64,000 nucleotides of DNA. It comes from a plasmid. Each line of letters opens with the position of its first letter. The first letter of the stretch is position 1. The position numbers and the translations under genes are program-made. Positions 48,000 to 57,530 of this stretch are shown here, piece after piece. The DNA is taken from sequence record AP029161.1. One strand, given 5' to 3'. The notes under the pieces were generated by a model. It saw nothing but the letters and a program-made list of their open reading frames with translations. It was not told where the DNA came from and ran no database searches.

Positions 48000-48575
48000 T
48001 TAAACAATAGCCAAAACTTCTTCTCTACCTGCTTTACTCCCGCAAGGTATTTCATATCCTTTTCTAATTGCTTCTGCTAAAGCTTTTTTATCTACAATTT
48101 TAATAGTTTTTTCTTCAATAAATTCTTGAGGTATTTTGCTTTCATCTAATTGATTGACAACGTTTTTAATATCAGAAAAATCAACATTCCAATTAATCGC
48201 TTCAACTCCACCTTTGTTTCTAATTTTAAAAGATTTAATTGAGCCATGTATTTCTCGAACATTATTTTCTAGCATGATATTTAAAGTTTTCTTGTAAATA
48301 TCATCTTTAATTTTTGCAAGTTTTGTTTGTTTAATTTTAATATCTTTTATTATTTCATCAAATTGTTTCATTTGAATATCTAAAGCATCAATTAAAAAAA
48401 TCATTTTGTCAGTAGCTACTTGTGAATTAACTTCTGCAATATCTAGCGATGGAATTAAATCGTCTGGAATTTCTCCAGCTGTTACTTCCAAATATTCCAA
48501 GAATTCTGCTAATTTTTTTTGAGTTTCGGCGAAAGGAATTATTGCAGGAATAATAGCATTATCTTTTTTAGCCAT
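48000..48575 (-). CDS. Gp157-like recombination-associated protein
   Basis: Size, coiled coil, position beside SSB and divergent from RecT. Start lies in the conserved leader. Confidence 0.4.
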   Translation of the reverse strand: MAKKDNAIIPAIIPFAETQKKLAEFLEYLEVTAGEIPDDLIPSLDIAEVNSQVATDKMIFLIDALDIQMKQFDEIIKDIKIKQTKLAKIKDDIYKKTLNIMLENNVREIHGSIKSFKIRNKGGVEAINWNVDFSDIKNVVNQLDESKIPQEFIEEKTIKIVDKKALAEAIRKGYEIPCGSKAGREEVLAIV

Positions 48576-48768
48576 TTCAGTTCTCCCTTTGGGATAGGTT
48601 TTAAAATCGTCACAACGACGACAATGTTATTTTTACCACGTTGTAAATATTTGTCAACGGGTCGATATTAAAAAAATATTTACAATTATCAATTGACAAA
48701 TATAAAAATTAATTTTATTTTATATTTGTTACTTTTTAATCAACTCAAATCCCAAAGGGAGAACTGAA

Positions 48769-49767
48769 ATGGATACACAACGTCAGTGGAACGATTCTAA
48801 GAATCAGAAAACACCAATAATAAGTGAAAAAGACTTAAAGGAATTATCAAAAAGATATTCTGAATATTCAATTGAAAAATTAGATGCTTTACTCAAAACA
48901 ATAATTGTAAAAGAAGTTACACTAGCTGAAGTAGAAGCTTTTTTATACATTGCTAAACAATCTGGATTATGTCCATTCAAAAAACAAATTCAGCTAATAG
49001 ATTTTAAGGGAACTAAAAGACCATATACTACTATAGATGGCTTTAGAGTATTGGCTGAAAGAAGTTCGCAATATGTAGGTCAGACAACTCCATTATTTTG
49101 TGGGAAAGATAAAATATGGACTGAAGTATGGACGGAAAATACTCCGCCACTTGCAGCTAAAGTGGGAATTCTTCGTAAAGGATTTTTGGAACCTATTTTT
49201 GCTATTGCAAAATATTCTTCGTACAACAGCGATACTCCTACTTGGAAAAAAATGCCAGATGTCATGTTAGCAAAATGCGCTGAAGCATTAGCTTTTAGAA
49301 AAACATTTCCAGATAATATGTGTGGTTTATACACACTTGAAGAAATGACTCAAGCATCTAGTGAATTTAGTAATGAAATTGAATCACAAAATACAGAAAT
49401 AAAATCAATTACACCTAAGAGTAAAAAGACAGAAATTATTTCGGATGTGATTGAAGTTAAAACAGAACCTGAAAAAATAGTTAGTGTTCCTGAAGATGTT
49501 GTTAAAGCTAAAAATAGTTTAGAAAAAAAAGTGCAGTCTATAGACTGCAATGAAGATTATGAAGCCGTTTATAATGGCTGCGATGTACACAGAAGAAAAT
49601 TATGGGATTTATTTAGGGAGTTAAAAATATTTTCAGAAGTAAAAAATGACCCTAAAAAAACCGTTGAAGTATCTAAATATTTTGCAGAAAGATGCTTTGG
49701 CGTGCCACTTAATCAATTGCAAGAACATTTATTATCGCTGCAAGAAGAATATTTAAATGCTTGTTAA
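48769..49767 (+). CDS. recT: RecT-family single-strand annealing recombinase
   Basis: TIDGFRVLAERS..WKKMPDVMLAKCAEALAFRKTFPD..GLYTLEE core. Confidence 0.8.
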   Translation: MDTQRQWNDSKNQKTPIISEKDLKELSKRYSEYSIEKLDALLKTIIVKEVTLAEVEAFLYIAKQSGLCPFKKQIQLIDFKGTKRPYTTIDGFRVLAERSSQYVGQTTPLFCGKDKIWTEVWTENTPPLAAKVGILRKGFLEPIFAIAKYSSYNSDTPTWKKMPDVMLAKCAEALAFRKTFPDNMCGLYTLEEMTQASSEFSNEIESQNTEIKSITPKSKKTEIISDVIEVKTEPEKIVSVPEDVVKAKNSLEKKVQSIDCNEDYEAVYNGCDVHRRKLWDLFRELKIFSEVKNDPKKTVEVSKYFAERCFGVPLNQLQEHLLSLQEEYLNAC

Positions 49768-50057
49768 AATGGTAGTCAATTTCGAGTCGTAAATTTTTAG
49801 GTTTCCTATATGTATTATATAATTTTGAATTTATTAATAATAATTTTTAGCAATAAAAAAATTTTAAAAATTTAATTTATAATGAAATATATTATTTATT
49901 TCTCAAGTATTATAGATGTATTCTTTATATTATTGATAGTAAAGTTTTTTATGCTAATTTATCTTGAATTAGTAGATTTTTTATATAATATAAATTAATA
50001 CCATATATTTGTATGGTTCTATAAATTGTCCTTATTATTAAAAAAGGAACTTTATTA

Positions 50058-50294
50058 ATGTTTGTATTATTTGAAAAACTATTACGTAAAATTTATGGGA
50101 TAAAAGAAAATGAATTAAACATAATTTCTGTAAGTAAAGATAAAGATGAAAATATAGTAGTAGAATATAAAGAAACAATAAGTAGAGTAGTATATAAAGA
50201 TAAACTGAAAAACTTAGAGCTCAATACTAAACAAAATATTGATATAAAAAAATGTAGTGCAAAGCTAATTTCAAAAAATTTAGATTTAGAATAA
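50058..50294 (+). CDS. small hypothetical protein
   Basis: ORF track. Confidence 0.3.
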   Translation: MFVLFEKLLRKIYGIKENELNIISVSKDKDENIVVEYKETISRVVYKDKLKNLELNTKQNIDIKKCSAKLISKNLDLE

Positions 50295-50308
50295 TAGAAG
50301 GAGTAGAT

Positions 50309-51502
50309 ATGCAAAATAATAGAAATAATTTGAGTAATCCGAAATATTTATGGTTCTTTGTAATGTCATTTACAGTAATTATGATTTTTGCGAATTGGTT
50401 TGATCCCAGACTAATTTTAATTCCTTTTTTTAATTTAGAAACTGATGCTGGAACTTTAATCTTTCCACTTACATTTTTAGTTTCAAATATCATTACAGAA
50501 GTATATGGATACAAACATGCCAGAAAAGCTATTTGGTGCGGCTTTGGATTTAATTTATTTGGCCTCTTATTTGGCCAGTTACTAATACATTTTCCTTCTC
50601 CAATTTATGCTGATAATGTAGCTTTTGATTCTGTAATTAAAAAAAGCTCGATTATTGTAATTGCTTCAATGATTAGCTATCTTGTTTCAGAGCCATTAAA
50701 CTCATATATAATGTCCAAAATGAAAATTAAATTTAAAAATTTAACTGCTTTGAGATTTGTAATGTCAACTTTTTTTGCTGCATTTGTTGATTCTATTGTT
50801 TTTACAGCGATAGCATTTTCTTGGTACTTAAAAATTGAAGACTGTGTAAAATTAGCTTTAACTATGTGGATGTTAAAAGTTTTAATTGAATCAATTGGTA
50901 CATTATTTTCTGTTAGGCTAACAAATTACTTAAAAAATAAAGAAAGAATAGATATTTATGATCGAAAAACAAAATTCAATATATTTAGTTTAAACACAAA
51001 TTACACTACTGAAGATAATGAATACAAAAATAATTTATCAAGTATAAACTCAGAAAACAATACTGAATATTATATAACAAATGATTTAACTGAAAAAGAA
51101 ATTGAAAGCTCATGGAATTTAGTAAAAAATTGTTTTTGGTCTGAAGAGATTCCTTACGTTAAGTTCAAAAGTGCTTTAAATAATTCATTAAATTTTTGCA
51201 TTGTTAATGTAAATTCGGGTCATATATGTGGGTTTGGAAGAGTAATAACTGATTACTACACTTATGCATATTTATGCGATGTCGTGATTCATCCTGAATA
51301 TAGGAAAAAAGGATTAGGAAATATATTAATTGACAATATTTTAAATCATAAGGATTTACAGGGATTGAAAACTATAAATTTACGTACAACTAAAGAAGCT
51401 AAAAAAATATATATTAAAAATGGTTTTAAATTAGCAAAAGATCCTGAATATATTTTAGAAAAAGAAGATTTAAATATTTATAAAAAATTTAAGGCAGTTT
51501 AA
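50309..51502 (+). CDS. fusion protein: N-terminal Vut_1/YhhQ queuosine-precursor transporter domain, C-terminal GNAT acetyltransferase domain
   Basis: FPLTFLVSNIITEVYG, FVDSIVFTAIAF and MWMLKVLIES resemble YhhQ. C-terminus has HPEYRKKGLGNILI GNAT motif A. Confidence 0.65.
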   Translation: MQNNRNNLSNPKYLWFFVMSFTVIMIFANWFDPRLILIPFFNLETDAGTLIFPLTFLVSNIITEVYGYKHARKAIWCGFGFNLFGLLFGQLLIHFPSPIYADNVAFDSVIKKSSIIVIASMISYLVSEPLNSYIMSKMKIKFKNLTALRFVMSTFFAAFVDSIVFTAIAFSWYLKIEDCVKLALTMWMLKVLIESIGTLFSVRLTNYLKNKERIDIYDRKTKFNIFSLNTNYTTEDNEYKNNLSSINSENNTEYYITNDLTEKEIESSWNLVKNCFWSEEIPYVKFKSALNNSLNFCIVNVNSGHICGFGRVITDYYTYAYLCDVVIHPEYRKKGLGNILIDNILNHKDLQGLKTINLRTTKEAKKIYIKNGFKLAKDPEYILEKEDLNIYKKFKAV

Positions 51503-52151
51503 CCTTAATTATTTCTCCAAGTATTTCATAATTTATATTTAGCTCTTCGATCTGAGAAGATTCTTTATCAATACTGCCTAACAAAATTCTTTTTCCATTA
51601 ATCAAAATTCTTTTTAATGATATTTTATCTTTATATTTAATAGCACAAATTGTATCATTTTCAGGTTTTTTATTAATATTTACAAACCAAATTGAGCCTT
51701 CATTAAAAATAGGTTTTATAAAATCATCAAATTTAAAGCCAAATATCTTATCGTTTATATATTTTATATCAATATCAGTATCAGTGTAAAACAAAGCTTC
51801 TTTTGAATCAGAAGGACTATAAACTGGAATATTTTTCAGTGTTTTCTTTGGAATAATACTAACATCTTCAGTGTAAATTTTCTTGACTCCTAGAATATCA
51901 TCAAGTGAAATATTATACCCATTATTTTGAAAATAATTAGCAATTTTTTTCAAAACCATTTTAGAAATGTATTTCGTTTTTTTTGTTTCATCATTACTTA
52001 ATAAACGATAAAAAACAGATGAAGAAACGTCTATAGCCTCAGCCAAAGCATTTAAAGAAAAATTAGAGTCTTTATCTTTTTTTAAATTTATTAATTTAAT
52101 TATCTGATTTTGAATATGATGCGTATTTTCGACGCTGTCCCACGCTGCCAC
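51489..52151 (-). CDS. CI-like HTH transcriptional regulator
   Basis: N-terminal HTH LNALAEAIDVSSSVFYRLL. C-terminal domain lacks clear S24 catalytic residues. Confidence 0.45.
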   Translation of the reverse strand: MAAWDSVENTHHIQNQIIKLINLKKDKDSNFSLNALAEAIDVSSSVFYRLLSNDETKKTKYISKMVLKKIANYFQNNGYNISLDDILGVKKIYTEDVSIIPKKTLKNIPVYSPSDSKEALFYTDTDIDIKYINDKIFGFKFDDFIKPIFNEGSIWFVNINKKPENDTICAIKYKDKISLKRILINGKRILLGSIDKESSQIEELNINYEILGEIIKVKLP

Positions 52152-52279
52152 GACATCTCTCCTAAATTTTTAAAATTATATTGCTAAAAAAATCGTTATG
52201 CTTTATAAGCATATTCAACACTTAGCATTATCAAGGAGATAAGTGAAGTGGTTTAAAAAAAAAGAGGCGCACATTTTGA

Positions 52280-53584
52280 ATGCACACCACTACCGCAAAT
52301 AGAATGTATCTCAAATGTGCACAAAAATCAAATATTTCGCACAGGGAGAGCTACGTGTCTGATTTTATTATGTCAAATGCTTACCAAAAATCCTCCAAAA
52401 CCAGAAAAACATACAAAAATAAATTAATTTTAAGACCGATGAAAGAGGGTTATACGCTTGGGCATGCTCAAAAAGAAGCTTATAATGGTGGACGCTCATT
52501 AAGAGCGATTTGGTCAAATTCGAGTTTAAAGCCAAATCAAAAATTAGTGTTGTTGTGTCTTGCGTCCCACTTAAATTTCAAAAATACTTTTAAAGCTTGG
52601 CAGAAAATTTCTGCAAAACAAATTGCAAGTGAAACGCAATTTGGAATTCGTACTATCCATTCTATTTTAGCTGATTTAGTAAAAAATGGTTATTTGTTAA
52701 AAAAACAAAATTTTTCAAGCAAAACTTTTTTACAAGAAGAAAATAGTTATTGTTTATCAGATAAGCTTTTTGATGAGCATGTTATTTATTTGCAAAAAAG
52801 TTTTATCCCCAAGCACGATGAGCACGTTAAAGAATTTAAGCAACAAAAATTTGCAAAAAAGAGTTATATACCTTCTGCAAAACCTGCAGAGGCGGTAAGC
52901 AAAGCCTGCAACCCTGCCTTGCAAGATTCGCAAGCCGCCATTGCAAAACCTGCAGACGTTTTTCCTCTTGTATTTTCCCCTAATTTTCTCCCTTTAAATA
53001 ATTCCATGTGTGGTGAAAATAAATCACACACAAAAAATGAACATAAAAATAGCAAAAATTTAAAACAGGCAAGTATTATTGTTTGCGAGTTGCTTAAGCA
53101 TAAATTAAATAAACGCTTTATCCCAAATTTTGAATGTGAGGGCATTATAGAAAGGTCAATAAGCAAGCTTAATATTATTGATATTAAGATAATCTTAGAC
53201 TTTTGTAAGGAAGCAATCTCTAATCCCAATTACAAGAAGATTAACAGTTATGAAAATATTGAAGTTATTTTCATTCAAGAGCTTGAAAGTTTCATTAATG
53301 ATAAAAATTATATTTCAAATTTCAGAATTTCAGATCATAAAGAAATAAAAACGGAGATAATTAAAGCTGAACCTCTTGCAGAAAACAAAACTCAAACTGT
53401 AATAGAAGAATATCCTGAACCATTCAAATCATGGTTCAAGACGCTCAACGAAACAACAAAAAATACTATTCGAAAAGAAATAAAAATTCATGGCAGAGTT
53501 AAATTTTTTAACTTAATCCTTCCATCCGTAAGAGCTTATAAATCCTTTATAGAGCAATTAGACTCAGAAAGAAGGGCTGCATGA
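52280..53584 (+). CDS. putative phage replication initiator (winged-helix N-terminal region). True start is probably downstream of 52280.
   Basis: NQKLVLLCLASHLN..ISAKQIASETQFGIRTIHSILADLVKNGYL winged-helix-like. Confidence 0.35.
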   Translation: MHTTTANRMYLKCAQKSNISHRESYVSDFIMSNAYQKSSKTRKTYKNKLILRPMKEGYTLGHAQKEAYNGGRSLRAIWSNSSLKPNQKLVLLCLASHLNFKNTFKAWQKISAKQIASETQFGIRTIHSILADLVKNGYLLKKQNFSSKTFLQEENSYCLSDKLFDEHVIYLQKSFIPKHDEHVKEFKQQKFAKKSYIPSAKPAEAVSKACNPALQDSQAAIAKPADVFPLVFSPNFLPLNNSMCGENKSHTKNEHKNSKNLKQASIIVCELLKHKLNKRFIPNFECEGIIERSISKLNIIDIKIILDFCKEAISNPNYKKINSYENIEVIFIQELESFINDKNYISNFRISDHKEIKTEIIKAEPLAENKTQTVIEEYPEPFKSWFKTLNETTKNTIRKEIKIHGRVKFFNLILPSVRAYKSFIEQLDSERRAA

Positions 53585-53841
53585 TTAATAAATATTGCTA
53601 CGTGTGCAGCTTCCCGATTGTTTTTTCAAAAACCAGAACAAAAAAATATTACTGCGAAAAGCATAATATTTGTGCTACCGAAAAAACAAAGATTCTGAAA
53701 AAAAGAGGTCGGAAAAAGCTTGATGAAATAGATAGAATAGAAAAAGAAATAGAAAGAAAAAAATATAAAAAAATACTGAATAGAGACTATTATAATTTCG
53801 TAGTAAGAGAAAAAAGACAAATTAAAAAAGAATCGAGATAA
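53581..53841 (+). CDS. small basic zinc-binding protein
   Basis: CYVC..CEKHNIC, followed by a hairpin terminator TTTTACCA..TGGTAAAA. Confidence 0.4.
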   Translation: MINKYCYVCSFPIVFSKTRTKKYYCEKHNICATEKTKILKKRGRKKLDEIDRIEKEIERKKYKKILNRDYYNFVVREKRQIKKESR

Positions 53842-54030
53842 TTTTTTTCGTATTTTACCACTACCTGATGGTAAAATACCCTTAAAAAAAGTCAGACAAA
53901 AAAATCGACACATGAGATTTTTTAAATTACATTTTTATCAGAACCCTTTTATAAAATCGTTCCTTTAGGAATAGCCGAAGTAAAAAGTAAAAGGGTTCAC
54001 AAGAAACCATTCCCTTTGGGAGTACCGAAA

Positions 54031-54621
54031 ATGCAGAGTATTAAGATAATTAATACCTCTAATAATGAGGTATTTTATGCTACTGAAAAATCAGTAGGAT
54101 TTGATATTGCAGCGGATGAAAGTGTTTTAATTTTACCGCTGCAAGTTAAAAAAATAAAAACTGGCTTAAAATGGAAAATAGAAGATAATTCTGAATTAAT
54201 AAGCATAAAAGAGGCTGCTAAATTAGTTAAATGCTGCACCTCAACAATCCATCGACAATGTAAAAAAGGTAGGCTTAATTTTGAAAAAATAGATGGAGTT
54301 TATTTTATAAATAAGGATCATCTTTTATCGTATTTTAATAATGAAGAAATAATCGATTTACCTGAAAAATATGAGCTTCAAATAAGACCTAGAAGCTCCT
54401 CACTACTAAAAGAAAAACTTCATATACAAATAGGAACAATTGACCCTGATTACACTGGTGAAATTTGTATTATCGCACAAAATATTTCTTTTAAACCAAA
54501 ATTAATTTTAAAAGGGGAGCGGATTGCTCAAGGAATAATATCGAAAGTTTGTTTAGCTGAAAACGTATTTAGTAGAAATATAATTAGAAACAATAATGGT
54601 TTTGGGAGTACTGGAAAATGA
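54031..54621 (+). CDS. dut: dUTPase with ~50-aa HTH-containing insertion between motifs I and II (start revised to the ATG at 54031)
   Basis: All five dUTPase motifs present (VGFDIAA, RPRSS, GTIDPDYTGE, RIAQG, NNNGFGSTGK). Insertion ISIKEAAKLVKCCTSTIHRQCKKGRL is excisionase/MerR-like HTH. Confidence 0.65.
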   Translation: MQSIKIINTSNNEVFYATEKSVGFDIAADESVLILPLQVKKIKTGLKWKIEDNSELISIKEAAKLVKCCTSTIHRQCKKGRLNFEKIDGVYFINKDHLLSYFNNEEIIDLPEKYELQIRPRSSSLLKEKLHIQIGTIDPDYTGEICIIAQNISFKPKLILKGERIAQGIISKVCLAENVFSRNIIRNNNGFGSTGK

Positions 54622-54818
54622 ATAATTTAAATTTACATAAAGAATATATGGATAAAATTGAAGATATAACTAAATCATATGCTTTTATGAAAAAGATTAT
54701 TAGAGAAAATAATGTTCAAAAAAATATTGTAAATAACAAAAATATTTACGTATCACTTATGAATTTAAAAAAGTCTGTTGAAAATCTTATGTTTACATAT
54801 CAAAGAGATAAAAAATGA
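54618..54818 (+). CDS. hypothetical protein
   Basis: ORF track. Confidence 0.35.
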   Translation: MNNLNLHKEYMDKIEDITKSYAFMKKIIRENNVQKNIVNNKNIYVSLMNLKKSVENLMFTYQRDKK

Positions 54819-55045
54819 TAAACAATGAAAATAAAAATAATTTTTCTATAAATAAGTATTCTAAAACTGAATTATATATTAATTGTAAAATATTAAAAGA
54901 AATTAATGATGCAAGAAAATTAATCGGATTAAAAGAACTTTCACAGAAAGATAGAAAATGCATTTGTTGTAATAAAATTATTAAGAATTCAACATCTGAA
55001 AGACTTTGTCAAAGTTGCAGAAATAACGCAAATAATACTTATTAA
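54815..55045 (+). CDS. zinc-ribbon protein (CICC..CQSC)
   Basis: Cys pairs. Confidence 0.35.
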   Translation: MINNENKNNFSINKYSKTELYINCKILKEINDARKLIGLKELSQKDRKCICCNKIIKNSTSERLCQSCRNNANNTY

Positions 55046-55058
55046 GGAATTTTAAAAT

Positions 55059-55322
55059 ATGGAAGAAAATAATTTAATTAAATTTTTAGAAGATGAAAAT
55101 AATCAATTAAAAATTGAAATAGATAACTTAAAAAATGATAAAAAAGTTTTATTAAATTTAATTGAACAAATTTCTATTAAAACAGTAAATCAGCTTTCAA
55201 ATTTAGAAAAAACTCTTTCATACTTCAGAGATTTTAATAACAAAATTAAGGCTCCTCCTCCATCTACATCTAAAGCTCCTGAACCAAATTTAAATATCTG
55301 TAATAGAAGGTATGCTCCATGA
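55059..55322 (+). CDS. coiled-coil hypothetical protein
   Basis: ORF track. Confidence 0.35.
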   Translation: MEENNLIKFLEDENNQLKIEIDNLKNDKKVLLNLIEQISIKTVNQLSNLEKTLSYFRDFNNKIKAPPPSTSKAPEPNLNICNRRYAP

Positions 55323-55525
55323 AATATAACAAAATAGATAAAAGAAAAAACAAGAAGCTATTAGAATATTATATTATGGCAATTGAAAAATTTGGAAATA
55401 TTTCTACCGTATCAAAACATTCCAAAATTTCTAAAAGCACTCTAAAGAAAATTTCTCTTGGTGAAAATCCAACAACAAGAACATATCAAAAATTAGAAAA
55501 TTTTGTCTTAAACCTTGAGTCTTAA
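55319..55525 (+). CDS. small HTH protein
   Basis: ISTVSKHSKISKSTLKKI helix-turn-helix. Confidence 0.4.
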   Translation: MKYNKIDKRKNKKLLEYYIMAIEKFGNISTVSKHSKISKSTLKKISLGENPTTRTYQKLENFVLNLES

Positions 55526-55543
55526 TTATAAAAGGATTTTAAA

Positions 55544-56173
55544 ATGACTGCATTGTCCTCAAAAAATGAAAACGAAGCTTTAGAAATATTGTTAACTAAT
55601 TTAGATGAAACAAAAACTATAACTGATGAATTTTTAGCAGAATTCGCTGGAGTCAGAAAGGACAATTTTAATCGGCGAGCCGATCAGCTAATTTCAATGG
55701 ATGTAATCGGTAATTTTAATAAAGTAACAATTGAGAATCTGAATAACATTGGACATATTAATAAAAAAATAATCAGAAAATATTCTCTTCCTGATGTTAT
55801 CCTTGTTTTGAGCCAATATGAAAACTCCTATCAAAGAAGAGCATTAAAAATATGTAGGCTAGCTCTACAGAAGTTTGTTAACGAGTCTGTGCAAACCTGT
55901 ACTAATTTAATGCCCAGAAATTCAACAATTCCAGCTCCTCTTTACGCTGAAAATATTTTTGGTGAATTGGTAAAAGTAGGATCGACAACTAAAAATATTT
56001 TGGACTTGAGTTATGAAGATTTAATTGAAGCAAAGCTTTCGCATATCCAAAAAATTATAATCGGATTAAATAAAAAACAGAAACAATTCAGTGAAGAACT
56101 CTTACAAATAAAAAATTCAAAATTAAACAAAATATCGAAAGTTGTAAAAGAATTAAAAGCTTGTGGCGTTTGA
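55544..56173 (+). CDS. antirepressor-like hypothetical protein
   Basis: ORF track; weak resemblance only. Confidence 0.3.
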   Translation: MTALSSKNENEALEILLTNLDETKTITDEFLAEFAGVRKDNFNRRADQLISMDVIGNFNKVTIENLNNIGHINKKIIRKYSLPDVILVLSQYENSYQRRALKICRLALQKFVNESVQTCTNLMPRNSTIPAPLYAENIFGELVKVGSTTKNILDLSYEDLIEAKLSHIQKIIIGLNKKQKQFSEELLQIKNSKLNKISKVVKELKACGV

Positions 56174-56302
56174 AATTAGCCCAAAAACTAGAGTGGCCAG
56201 CGCATGCCGCTGACCCCTACTCGATTACCGAAATGCTATAAAGCATACAGAACTATAGAATAACATGTAGTTTTGTAAAAGCAATACGAAAGTTAAAAAT
56301 CT

Positions 56303-57262
56303 ATGAATGCTTCATTTATAAAGCTATCGTTTCCATTAAGTGCAAAATTGGGGATACCTAAAGCATTAATTTTACAACGCATTTGCGACTGGATTAGATA
56401 TAATAAGACTAAAAAAAATATGAATATTAATGGAAATGTATGGGTCTATAGATCTGCAAAAGAGCTTGCAGATGATTTAGATGGCAATTTTTCCATTAGA
56501 TCTATTGAAAGACATTTAAATTCTCTTATTAAAAACGGTTGGATAATAAAAGAAAACTTTAATAAAAATACTTTTGATAGGACCTGTTGGTATACGGTCA
56601 ATGCAAAAAAAATAAAGGAAACTTTTAATAATTGGGAACTTGAAACAAACTTTAAAGATTCTGACCTAATTGATGATCTCGATCCGTCACATCTGTCGGA
56701 TTCGTGTCCGACAGATGTGACGGATCGAGATCATCAAGTTGTCGGAATGGATTCCGACAATCATGAAAATCTCCCTATATATAATAAAAGAGAAGAAATA
56801 AAAGAAGAAAAAAAGAAGAAGATTGCAAAAAAAGAAAATTCTTGCTTGAAAGAAAAAAAACTTAATGAACGAGCCTCTCAAATGCTTAAGTCAGGGATTG
56901 AGGCTTATGTCAAAGCTTATGAGTATCGTTACAAAGCAAAATTTCTTGATTTTCCCACTCTGAGTCGCTCAATTCAACAAATCATAAAAAAAATGGGCAC
57001 ATCATTTTCGGAACAAAATTTAATTGATTGCATCAATTGCTATATGCGCTCTCAAAATTCATGGCATGTAACTAAAGGCCATTCGCCACTTTATCTAGCA
57101 TCAGATATTCAAGGAATTTTTGCAGCGACTCAGAACAAACAGCAAATCAAGACACAAACACAGGCACGCAAGGACGACGTTTCACAGTCAATCGACACTA
57201 ACATCATCAACGCTATCAACTCGCTTAAAAACGAAAAGAATAATGAAATTTTGGAGATTTAA
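56303..57262 (+). CDS. replisome organizer / DnaD-like replication protein containing a candidate internal origin
   Basis: N-terminal winged-helix-like region. Internal 31-bp perfect palindrome with four GATC sites. Confidence 0.4.
   Translation: MNASFIKLSFPLSAKLGIPKALILQRICDWIRYNKTKKNMNINGNVWVYRSAKELADDLDGNFSIRSIERHLNSLIKNGWIIKENFNKNTFDRTCWYTVNAKKIKETFNNWELETNFKDSDLIDDLDPSHLSDSCPTDVTDRDHQVVGMDSDNHENLPIYNKREEIKEEKKKKIAKKENSCLKEKKLNERASQMLKSGIEAYVKAYEYRYKAKFLDFPTLSRSIQQIIKKMGTSFSEQNLIDCINCYMRSQNSWHVTKGHSPLYLASDIQGIFAATQNKQQIKTQTQARKDDVSQSIDTNIINAINSLKNEKNNEILEI
56670..56737. repeat. 31-bp perfect inverted repeat TTGATGATCTCGATCCGTCACATCTGTCGGA / loop TTCGTG / TCCGACAGATGTGACGGATCGAGATCATCAA (candidate ori)
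   Basis: Read directly. Contains four GATC. GC-rich relative to flanks. Confidence 0.7.
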
Positions 57263-57300
57263 ATTTTGATTAGTATTAAAGCAAATCTGGAGATTATTAA

Positions 57301-57510
57301 ATGAGCAAATTAGGAAAGCGATACATTAATGAGATCTGTAAAAATAATTGCAGAGCAGGTGAAACAAAAACTTTAGATTCTGTTTGCAAAGAGTTTATTT
57401 CATTAAAGACAAAAGCGATTAATAAAAAATACGAATTATTAAAAGCGATAGAAGATATCGATGAATTTATTTTATTTTGTGAAGAAAAAATTAGCAATCT
57501 TAAAATGTAA
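57301..57510 (+). CDS. small protein, paralog of the 57808 gene
   Basis: MSKLGKRYINEI vs MSGLGKQYIANI, and similar C-termini. Confidence 0.4.
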   Translation: MSKLGKRYINEICKNNCRAGETKTLDSVCKEFISLKTKAINKKYELLKAIEDIDEFILFCEEKISNLKM

Positions 57511-57530
57511 TTAAAAAAAGGATTTTTAAA

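Noticed and set aside
56180-56230. GC-rich patch GTGGCCAGCGCATGCCGCTGACCCC downstream of 55544..56173 as a possible small RNA
   Set aside because: Only a short hairpin CAGCG-CATGC-CGCTG. More simply explained as a terminator or spacer.
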